This document shows, piece after piece, positions 20,208-28,938 of a DNA stretch of 32,000 nucleotides. The stretch comes from Paramicrosporidium saccamoebae KSL3 (taxonomy: Eukaryota > Fungi > Cryptomycota). Under the pieces are notes generated by a model. That model saw only the letters and a program-made list of their open reading frames with translations, made no database searches and was not told where the DNA came from. Numbering within the stretch: the stretch's first letter is position 1; every line of letters begins with the position of its first letter. The stretch is from the NCBI GenBank assembly GCA_002794465.1, contig MTSL01000041.1, forward strand, positions 77,113 to 109,112, written 5' to 3'. The translations under genes and the position numbers were made by a program.

Positions 20208-20311
20208 TAGTCTCTCATAGTCGTCTCTCATGGCCTCTCATAGTCTTTCATAGTCTTTCATAGTCTCTCATAGTCGTCTCTCATAGTCTCTCATAACCTC
20301 TCATGGCCTCT
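20208..20311. repeat. 10-bp minisatellite (tagtctctca)n with 13-bp variants
   Basis: About 10 consecutive units in the divergent spacer between CTL copy 2 and CTF18. Confidence 0.9.
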
Positions 20312-20353
20312 TGTTCTTGCTTCGTGGTCTCATGAAATGAATTTTCTTTTTTA

Positions 20354-22551
20354 ATGAAAGGCGGCATGATGTTGGAAATCCAGGAAATGGAATATTTTGC
20401 CCAACAAATTGATGAGGATGCTGGTCCATCCATGAGGGCATCGCAGGTGGATCTGTTTCATAAGTCTGCATTCGCTGAGCAGAATATTTCGACAGACGAG
20501 CCTATGGTGTTGTTGGAAGGATGCACACTTTCTGGAGAACCTGTGCAATTCAGGGCCCGGCGTACTCTCTCCTCCCAGCCGACCAAGAACGACAATGACA
20601 GACTGGCCACGCCATTTTATCAACTTCTTCGAAAAGTTGAGAATCAAAGGGATATTCCCTCAGTAACGGCCAAGACCACCACTCATAGACTTGAGGAAGA
20701 GCTGTGGACCGATAAATACCATCCGAAGCGATTTATTGATCTTATCGGTGCCGATCGCGGAAATTTAGAAGTGCTCCAATGGGCTACGCAATGGCGAAAT
20801 CACATTGAACGCAGTGAACCGCCCCCCGAAAACAAATTGCTTCTGATTAGCGGTCCCCCGGGGCTGGGAAAGACTACCCTCGCCCATGTGGTGGCACAGA
20901 CGGCTGGCTTCCAGCTGGTGGAAATTAACGCCAGCGATGAGCGGACAGGCGATCTGGTGGTGAACAAAATTGAGGCGGCAATCAGGGCAAATTCAATGCT
21001 TCCAGGAAGGAAGCCGAATCTGCTGGTTATCGACGAAATTGACGGGGCAGCTGCAGGGTCTTCCGAAAAGAGCCTTATAGCCCATCTTGTAAAGATTGCA
21101 ATGCCAGCCGCCACAGACGGCGAGAATGACGACGGACCGACGAAAAAGAAGAAGAGAAAAATAATGTCCTTGAGACGGCCAATTATTTGCATCTGCAACG
21201 ATCTTTACGTTCCTGCTCTAAGGCCCCTGCGGAACATTGCCCAAGTGATCACAATGCGGCGGCCAAACCAATCGGTTTTGACGGGACGACTGCGGGAAAT
21301 TTGCGATGCTGAAAAGCTAAAAGCCGAGAGCAAAGCATTGGCAGAGCTGGCTGATCGGATGGACTGTGATGTACGAGCTTCTCTGCATGCACTCCAATTT
21401 ATCACCCGACAGCATCCTGGCCCCATCACGGCAGCAAAGTTGACAAAGTCGCTGTCAGGGATGAAGGATGCGAACAATACGACGTTTGCCGTTTATGACT
21501 CTATCTTTCATGCCGATTCACGAGCCAAGGGTGCTGCAAGCACCGTTCTGGAAAAGATTCAGAGCCATGGAGAATACGATAGGCTGACAATGGGGGTTTT
21601 TGAATTGTATCCACAGTGCAAATTTTACGATGACACGCGACTCAGCAAGGTAAATGACGCTTTGGACTGGTTTGCATTTTCGGACCAGTGTCACAAATTT
21701 TCCCTTGATGAGCGATTTTCGTCATACCAACCATATGCACTCGTAAAGACGTCGCATCTGTTTGCTGCGCCTGTAAATCCATCCCTCAAGTTCCCAAGGA
21801 TAGACTACGAACAGCATATGAAGACCACTGCTAATTCGCAAAATTTGGCGAGTTATATTTCAGGATTGCCCCCGATTATCCGGGCCGGACGAGCGGCATC
21901 CGATCTGGCGATGGAGCGGGTTCCAACTGTGGTAAAATTGGTCACGCCCAACTTGAGAATTGTACCAGCACATTAGTTTATAATCTTTAGGCTAATCCGC
22001 AATTGCTAAAGCCAGAGGAGAGGCAACGCCTGGAGCGGATTGTGCAAGTCATGTTGGGCAATGGTCTGACCTATCGTCAAGAACGCCGGTCTGACGGGCT
22101 ATATGATTTCAACCTTGAGCCGTAAACCTAATAATGTTTTTCATATCCTAGGCCGATTGATGCACTTGCCTGTTTCAACAAAGCAGAAAAGTCGTTGAGC
22201 GGACATGAGAATGCTGTCCGACAAATGATTGCGAGTCAGATCGAGGCGGCCAAGATCAAGTCCATTGGGCATGTCCCCAACAGCACTGTTGGCACGGGCC
22301 GCAGTGCAGAATTACTAAAGGCGTACGCAGGAATGTCGATTGTGGCGGTTGCGCCTCCAGCAAAGACTGTTGTGAAGCGAGACTTCTTTGGGAGAGCAGT
22401 CCAAAAACCGCCCAGCCCCGCCAATAACCAATCCGCCACTGAAATGCAAGTCGATGCAATGCCACCAATATGGTTTAAATATAATGAAGGCTACTCCAAC
22501 GCCGTACGGAAGACAATCCGCATCCAAGATCTCTTTCGAATAAATATGTAA
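20354..22551 (+). CDS. CTF18: Chromosome transmission fidelity protein 18 (RFC-like clamp loader); exons 20354-21961, 21991-22121 and 22152-22551, 712 aa
   Basis: LWTDKYHP, Walker A GPPGLGKTT, Walker B VIDEIDG, RPIICICNDLY and the C-terminal WFKYNEGYSNAVRK are present. Introns at 21962-21990 (29 nt) and 22122-22151 (30 nt) restore LRIANPQLL...TYRQER...LEPPIDAL. Confidence 0.94.
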
Positions 22552-22575
22552 AGCGCTGAACCAGGGATATGGGAT

Positions 22576-22628
22576 CATGAGGGAGTCACGAGGAATTCAT
22601 GAGGGAGTCACGAGAAATCCATGAGGGA
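22576..22628. repeat. 22-bp tandem repeat, about 2.4 copies
   Basis: catgagggagtcacgagRaatY starts at 22576 and 22598; a partial catgaggga starts at 22620. Confidence 0.85.
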
Positions 22629-22856
22629 TTCTCTCTCGCCTATGAATCCAAGATAGAGGTTTATTATAGGTTCTATTGTGAGAAATTTATGAAAAGTCTC
22701 CTCATCTCTACGGGTCAATGATTCTTTCATGTCCATAGATCAAATATTCTCTCGTAAATACAAATCAGGGCCCTTCAGCCGTTACTATAACCCCTATTTT
22801 CTTTTCTTTTCTAGTTTTCATTGGCTGACACCCACGGAAGACAACTTGACAATAGT

Positions 22857-23422
22857 ATGGCCTCGTTTGCTGGCTGTCCACCTTATGCGCCATTCTTTGG
22901 ACTGGCAGGCTCTTCTCTTGCCATGAGTCTGTGCTGTAAGCCGTATAGTGTTGTCTAATATCTAAGGTGTGGCGTCTGCCTACGGAACGGCGAAAGCAGG
23001 CACGGCTATCGCGGCTATCAGTACAGTGAGTCCTGCATCGGTTATGAAGTCACTGGTTCCCGTCATCATGGCCGGCATCCTCAATATTTACGGCCTCGTT
23101 ATAGCGTTATTCATTACCACCTCCAGTAATCCCCTCACCAGCGTCACTCATCTCTGTTTTAGTGGATTCAAATCGATCCTATACACTTTTCGCCGGTTCT
23201 CTCGATTTAGCGGCTGGGCTGATGGTCGGCTCGGCGTCCCTGTGTTCCGCCTGGGCTATCGGTGTTCTCGGCGATGCGGGAGTACGTGCCATCCCGAAGC
23301 AGCCTCGTTTGTTCGTTGGAATGGCGCTCATTCTTGTCTTTGCGGAAATGTTGGGACTATTTGGGTTGTTGCTGGCCATTGTAGCACATAGCAAGGCTGC
23401 CGAGTTTGGGACTTGTGGTTAA
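22857..23422 (+). CDS. VMA3: V-ATPase V0 proteolipid subunit c (VMA3/VMA11 type); exons 22857-22935, 22967-23125 and 23163-23422, 165 aa
   Basis: [38 protein letters not shown] and [21 protein letters not shown] (proton-carrying Glu present). Introns at 22936-22966 (31 nt) and 23126-23162 (37 nt). VMA3 versus VMA11 is not resolved. Confidence 0.9.
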
Positions 23423-23520
23423 ACAAAGCAGTAAATAGCGTTAGATACAGTTGGTCGTTTTCAAATTTCCATACACTACCAAATTTTGTTGAGATAAATT
23501 TAATTACACAATTCCGTAAA

Positions 23521-23833
23521 ATGCAATTCGGAGGGGGCTCTTCTTGCCATTATCACTACCCTCCTCCCTCTATACTCCGTTCTTGGTGCCCGCCGCAAAC
23601 ATCTCTATCACAGCAACAAGCACAAGGAAGGAGATGAAGCTTTAGATGTTGTTGGTGGGAAAATTGATGGGGCTATGGTCTGTGCTGTGAGACGCGCAGT
23701 TCAAATAGGGAGCTGGCCGGAATTCACCACAGAAAAGGTAGAGGCAAATAGACTGGTAGGGAAGAAAATGGCAACCAAGTCCCTCTATAACGTTGTCCAG
23801 AATAAAGCAAACCCTTTATTGATGCCCGACTAG
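23521..23833 (+). pseudogene. Frameshifted, shortened paralogue of the 24197-24970 secreted protein
   Basis: It starts ATG CAA TTC GGA (the paralogue starts ATG CAG TTC GGA). After a G5 run (23533-23537), the +1 frame (23537-23833) reads ALLAIITTLLPLYSVLGARRKHLYHSNKHKEGDEALDVVGGKIDGAMVCAVRRAVQIG..., which aligns with HNKCKNGGEIAVAVGGHIDKRMIRTVKRAIKKG. It is not in the supplied ORF track. Confidence 0.7.
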
Positions 23834-24163
23834 GGGGTAGGTGCAATGATCCTATAGTCGGAGATTTAAGTGTATTTATCAGGTCCCTGTTTATGTCAGA
23901 CTGCATCTAGAACTTGAAGCTAAAACAAGATGATATTATTGTACAGTCAATAACAGGGTGCACAATGATACTGGAAGGGACGACATGTTTACGTTCAATC
24001 AGAAAGCCGAGTGGCTTTTTGGATTTCCAAACACGGGAAATTTAGCATCAATATGGGATTATTGTGGCCAAAAGCGACTGGAAGGCGGCTAATATGCGCG
24101 CTTACATACAATATCTGTCTAATTACCCGATTCCAGCTAATTACCAATTTCTGCACAGCGCCC

Positions 24164-24169
24164 TATAAA
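24164..24169 (+). promoter_or_regulatory. Candidate TATA box
   Basis: TATAAA begins 33 nt upstream of the ATG at 24197. Confidence 0.45.
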
Positions 24170-24196
24170 GGATATTCAGTACCCCGCTCCCGCAGA

Positions 24197-24970
24197 ATGC
24201 AGTTCGGAAAGTTTCTGCTCGTCGCCGCTACCGCCGTCCTCTCCTTGTGCACCATTGCTGAGGCTGTTGGTCACAAGTCTCACCATCGTAGCCACAAGTC
24301 TCGTCATCGCGGTCACAAGTCTCGCCATCGTGGCTGGCGCAAGCTCGTCCACAACAAGTGCAAGAACGGAGGTGAAATCGCAGTGGCCGTCGGTGGACAT
24401 ATTGATAAGCGCATGATTCGCACTGTGAAGCGTGCGATCAAAAAGGGACATAAAGATCTGACCTTGGTAATTAATGGACGCGATCTTGCCAAGCCCTCCA
24501 ACCGCAAGAACAAGCGCCGCAATGTCTCCTTTGTCAAGGATGTTGCCAAGTATGTCTCGTTTGCCCTCCTTCCCTGGAACACTAAGCGCAATCTCCGTGA
24601 CATGAAGTTCCGCCGGCTCCATAGACTGTATCACAGGTCTGGAAGGGCTATTGAAAAGGTCATTGGAACTCGTCCTTTGGTTGCCCATCTGCCCGTCAGT
24701 CTGATTAAGAAGAGACGCGTCAAGTACCTGAGCCGCAAGGGGTTGATCATCTTGGGTAACACCACTCACTTCACCAACCCGAAGAAGGATCTGGCCAGAA
24801 AGACCTTTATTGCTCTCCAAACTCCTCGTGTCCATCACTTTAGCAAGCTTCTCCGAGATGCAAACAAGGCCATGCTTGATACCGTCTCTCTAGCCACTTG
24901 CTTGAATAAGAGAATCTATAAGGGTGGACTGGAAAATGAAGACGCCGATAATGCTGAAGCGGAGAATTAG
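24197..24970 (+). CDS. Secreted, highly basic protein with a degenerate polysaccharide deacetylase (CE4/NodB) fold, 257 aa
   Basis: Signal peptide MQFGKFLLVAATAVLSLCTIAEA is followed by three 7-aa His/Lys/Arg repeats (21-bp units at 24269-24331). The CE4 scaffold is recognisable (C...EIAVAVGG, LTLVING, W...L, EKVIGTRP, TVSLATCL...Y), but the catalytic motifs are absent. The track start at 24011 is GTG. Confidence 0.7.
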   Translation: MQFGKFLLVAATAVLSLCTIAEAVGHKSHHRSHKSRHRGHKSRHRGWRKLVHNKCKNGGEIAVAVGGHIDKRMIRTVKRAIKKGHKDLTLVINGRDLAKPSNRKNKRRNVSFVKDVAKYVSFALLPWNTKRNLRDMKFRRLHRLYHRSGRAIEKVIGTRPLVAHLPVSLIKKRRVKYLSRKGLIILGNTTHFTNPKKDLARKTFIALQTPRVHHFSKLLRDANKAMLDTVSLATCLNKRIYKGGLENEDADNAEAEN

Positions 24971-25122
24971 TCACGGTAATTGAAAACATAGGTGGCATAC
25001 CAAGTAATAATATGAGTGCATTTTGTCTATTAGTAGTAGTGGTGATGGTGGTGGTGATGATAGGTGCTAGTGTTTAGTACCGCTTCACTCGTCGTCTGCG
25101 CTACCTGTTGGTTATCGGTGGT

Positions 25123-25220
25123 CCATCACTAGTATTTATTAGCCATCTTCCATCACTAATCCTCACCCCTAACACCCATCACTAATCTTCACCCTTAATA
25201 CCCATCACTAATATTTATTA
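25123..25220. repeat. 26/27-bp tandem repeat with a ccatcacta core, 4 copies
   Basis: ccatcacta occurs at 25123, 25150, 25176 and 25202. The first and last copies continue with RtatttattA. Confidence 0.85.
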
Positions 25221-25323
25221 ATTATTATCTATTAAACATCACCTATTATCGGTCGGACAATGTCCCAAAAAAGACCGGACTGGTTCAATTTGCCACTTTA
25301 GTGACTTTGGTAGACTCTTCGCA

Positions 25324-26319
25324 ATGCTGGGTGGCCATAGCAGAACAAGTTCCGTGGATAGCGTCAGTTCGATAGAGTCACACGATCGGCTACAAAAGGA
25401 CATTCAAGATGTTCGTCTCGCCGTCATCAAGATCTCCAACATTTCATGGGATTTGACCAGCGGCGATGTCATGGATTTTCTAGAGTCGGTGCCGGTGCAG
25501 AAGCACTACATTCACATTCCAATTGACAGATCCACTGGAAAAACAAAGGCCGACATGTTTGTGGAGCTGTCGTCTATGGTGGAAGCTATCAAGTGCATGG
25601 CAAAGTACAACAAGCGGATTCTTAAGGGAAGGGCGGTGACGGTGAGTCTGTCCTCTTTGGAAGAACTCAATTCGGTCCACTTTCCCCCTGTGGCTGTGGG
25701 TGGCGATTTTCTTAGTCAAGCAGAGGCTGTGTCATTGGTAAACATTTGCCGCAACTACAAAGTAAGCCACAAAACAGTCAGCTGACTTCCTAATTAGGCA
25801 CACTTTTCGAGAAAATGCGCTGAACGCCCCTTTGAACATGTCATTAGCATCCTACGATTGGCCCCTTGGTATCAGATGGAACATTTCATGACAGACCGCC
25901 TCTTTGCCGTTGTATCCTCAACCGTCGACGCTCTCTCGGAACATCTCGCGCGACCCTCTGCATCCACTGGCAAGATGACCCCCAATGGAAGCCCCGCCAC
26001 CCCAAACTCACTGTTGCCAAGTACCCAGCTTAGCACCGACCTACTTGACCGTTTGTTGACAGCCACGGACCGCTTCCCGGCCTTCACGCCACACCAAAAA
26101 ATGGCCGTCCAGCGGGTCGCCGAACGAAAGCCGCGCTTTGGAGAGCCAATTCCGCTGATGGTGGAGCCCAAGCCGGCCAGACACTTGCGGAGGTCCTCCA
26201 TTGATCGAATCCTGGAAGAACTGGACACAGGAACCAAAAGGACAGAGGCAGTGGATAGGCTATTTAAGAATGCGTTTGACCAGATTATGCTATCGTCCGT
26301 GAATTCAAACAGCGACTAG
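25324..26319 (+). CDS. RRM-containing RNA-binding protein; exons 25324-25761 and 25798-26319, 319 aa
   Basis: RRM: VIKISNISWDLT...IHIPIDRSTGKTKADMFVEL...KRILKGRAVTV. A 36-nt intron at 25762-25797 (GTAAGC...CTAATTAG) joins CRNYK to AHFSRKCAERPFEHVISIL. Confidence 0.82.
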
Positions 26320-27266
26320 TAACTTATTTCATAACAATGTAAATATTTATCCTTGGCTGTGTGTGATCCTTTACTGTAAATTTGTAACTCCTCCGCACAT
26401 TCATTATTAATGATACAGCATTCGTTTATTAACACCAATATTTGCATAAACGCACACTATTTAACCGGTTGCGTTTTTTCCTACCGGCTTCTCCGCACTG
26501 GCAGAGCCCGCTTGGTTCTCCTTATTCCCAGGGCCTAACCAGTGCAGGAAGGCTTCCTGGTCTTCCGGCTCCCATCTCTGCGACCCCCGAGTCGCGTGTC
26601 TTCTCTCAATGGACGAACCCTTCAATAGTAGTCTGTAGAAATCACGCATCCCCATCCATTCAACCGCCGAATAAAAACAAATAACCTGATTTTCCGTAGA
26701 CTAACTATTGTGGGGTGTTGGGACAATGGGGCGCTCGCAAGATGAGCGATTGTTAGTTGGTATACGCCAGATCAAGCATGATGGGTGTTAAACACTATTC
26801 GCTTGCTATTGGCGAGTCCAACTCAGATGGAGATCTCGCAATCCAGCGTGCTTAAGGATGGCTACCTATGCCACATATCTTAGTAAAACTGATTCGCTCA
26901 TTAACAATGGGTCTGTTAAACAGTAGCCGCTTAGGACTGATAATCCTGATAGGTATAAAGCATGAGAGCAATGACTTATAATGGCGTCTTTAATAACAAC
27001 AAATTCCCGCTTCGCGCACTGAAAGGCCCTGCTAAGCAATATCTGCCTATAATTGGTAATTCTGATAGTTGTTGCCTCACATGGGAGTGACAGTTCATAA
27101 TGACGCCTTTGGTAGTAACCCTCTCACATCCGCTCTCACGCACTAAAGGGGGTCTTGCTATCAACCTCACAATGATAGTACAAGTGGCGCGACTCGAATT
27201 GTTGACAGTTGGTGCAATTCCTAAACGGCGTCCCATTGGTCAAAGTGCTCGGACGCCTCTGCGATC

Positions 27267-28598
27267 ATGCTAACGCCATCCATCCTCTCCGATACAGTCC
27301 GCAAATACCTTTCAACTCCAGAGTCCATCTGGTACGCACTTTTCACCGTGATGAATGTGCTGTTTCTATTCGACTTGTATGTCGATTGGCGCCAACACAC
27401 GGTGATTTCTAATCCGAAACGACCCAAAGAGTTGAGCAAACTCTGTACTGAGGAAGAATACGCAAAGTCTCGTGAGTATAATGTGGACCGCTCTCGCGTG
27501 TCGCTATACGAAAAAGTGTATAACCACATTCTTGGCCTCGCTACTTTATTTATTGCGGTCCCATGGATTTGGAAATTCACAGGAAACTATATGACCAATC
27601 GCCTTGGATTTACCTCTGACTCTGAAATTACCCACTCTGCCTTGCATCAGGTTGTGGTGACCATCATCTCTGCGCTTCAGCCCCTTCCCGTCTCAATCTA
27701 CCGCACCTTTTGGCTAGAGAGAAAGCATGGCTTCAATAAGACAACTGTCCGCACCTTTGTCATGGACCTGATCAAGGGAGTCTTGCTTGGCCTCATTCTT
27801 GGAATTCCCTTCACGTTAGTATTTTTGTGGGTGATTAAGAGGACGGGAAACTACTTTGTCGTTGCCACTTGTGCCGTCACTCTGGTTATTCAAATGCTCA
27901 TGGTGCTCATCTATCCTACTCTCATCGCCCCCCTCTTTAACAAGTTTACCCTTCTCGAGGAGGGCGAGCTGAAGAGCAAAATTAGTGCTTTGGCTAATCG
28001 AATCAACTTTCCTCTCACCAAAATCTTTGTTATCGATGGGAGTACCCGCAGTACCCACTCTAACGCTTACTTTTTTGGGTTCTACAAGAATAAGCGGATT
28101 GTCCTTTTCGATACTTTGATTGAACAAATGTCCAGCGAAGAAGTGGCTGCCATTGTTGGGCATGAACTCGGCCACTGGGCCCATAACCACATGCTCCATG
28201 GCCTGATCCAGACGCAACTGAATATTCTTTGGATGTTTTCCCTCTTTGGCCTCGTGATGAATTATGAGCCCCTCTACGCTGCTCTCGGCCTTTCGGATCG
28301 TCCCTTGGTTATTGGCATACTGCTATTTTCTCAGCTCATCTCTCCCCTGGGTATGATTGCCAACTTGTTCATGACTTGGCACAGTCGTTGCCGTGAATTC
28401 CAGGCCGATCGTTATGCGATTGATCTCGGTTATGGAAACGTCCTGCCTACTGCCATCATAAAACTCTACAAAGAAAACAAGAGTCTTGTCCACCCCGACT
28501 GGCTCTACTCGATGATGCATTATAGCCATCCTCCCCCATCCGAACGCGTAGCCGCCATGCATTCTTACTCTTCAAAAGTTTCAAAAAGGACACACTAG
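27267..28598 (+). CDS. STE24: CAAX prenyl protease 1 (peptidase M48A), 443 aa
   Basis: LIAPLFNKFT, IFVIDGSTRSTHSNAYFFG, KRIVLFDTL, zinc motif HELGHW, EFQADRYA and HYSHP are present, with multiple TM segments. Confidence 0.96.
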   Translation: MLTPSILSDTVRKYLSTPESIWYALFTVMNVLFLFDLYVDWRQHTVISNPKRPKELSKLCTEEEYAKSREYNVDRSRVSLYEKVYNHILGLATLFIAVPWIWKFTGNYMTNRLGFTSDSEITHSALHQVVVTIISALQPLPVSIYRTFWLERKHGFNKTTVRTFVMDLIKGVLLGLILGIPFTLVFLWVIKRTGNYFVVATCAVTLVIQMLMVLIYPTLIAPLFNKFTLLEEGELKSKISALANRINFPLTKIFVIDGSTRSTHSNAYFFGFYKNKRIVLFDTLIEQMSSEEVAAIVGHELGHWAHNHMLHGLIQTQLNILWMFSLFGLVMNYEPLYAALGLSDRPLVIGILLFSQLISPLGMIANLFMTWHSRCREFQADRYAIDLGYGNVLPTAIIKLYKENKSLVHPDWLYSMMHYSHPPPSERVAAMHSYSSKVSKRTH

Positions 28599-28792
28599 TG
28601 TGATAAATTATATGATATCTATGTGTCGCGTAGTGGGGATAATACCACGGCCCAGTTTAGGCGAGAAGAGGAGGTTTGTTTACTGCTAATCCTAGGATAG
28701 TATGAATACACATCGCACTGTCCTCAAATGCTCGGCCAATCGATACACCTTATCACACAAATATATCTTCTCTAAACTAGGGAAATATCCAA

Positions 28793-28813
28793 CTAATCAA
28801 TCCTCTACATCAC
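28793..28813. repeat. Dispersed copy of the 21-nt intergenic motif also found at 13748-13768 and 13700-13719
   Basis: ctaatcaatcctctacatcac versus ctaatcaatcctctacgtcac (20/21 identical). Confidence 0.7.
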
Positions 28814-28938
28814 GTATGGACCTGCAAGAGTTAAAATGAAAGTGAATTAGAGATCAATCTTTTAATAGCGAGTCTTTACTACAAGCACAATTACTGAGAA
28901 TTTCAAACTTTATATATCACGCCCATCACTCATGGTTG

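Noticed and set aside
24011-24196. 62-aa N-terminal extension of the basic secreted protein in the ORF track
   Set aside because: It starts at GTG. The ATG at 24197 gives a clean signal peptide, follows a TATA box and matches the paralogue's MQFG start.
24176-24838. 220-aa antisense ORF
   Set aside because: Strong codon bias in the sense gene suppresses antisense stops, and the ORF has no recognisable protein features.
4531-24970. GT fusion and CE4-like genes as one co-regulated wall-glycan gene cluster
   Set aside because: They are about 16 kb apart and separated by unrelated housekeeping genes, so proximity gives no evidence of a cluster.
13-25220. Short spaced direct repeats (28-, 49-, 22- and 26-bp periods) as possible CRISPR arrays
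   Set aside because: They are contiguous tandem repeats without unique spacers, there are no cas genes, and the sequence is an intron-containing eukaryotic genome.
26711-26760. GGACAATGGGGC resembling the RNase MRP CR-V motif, with nearby hairpins
   Set aside because: There is no upstream GAAAGTCCCC-type CR-I to form helix P4.
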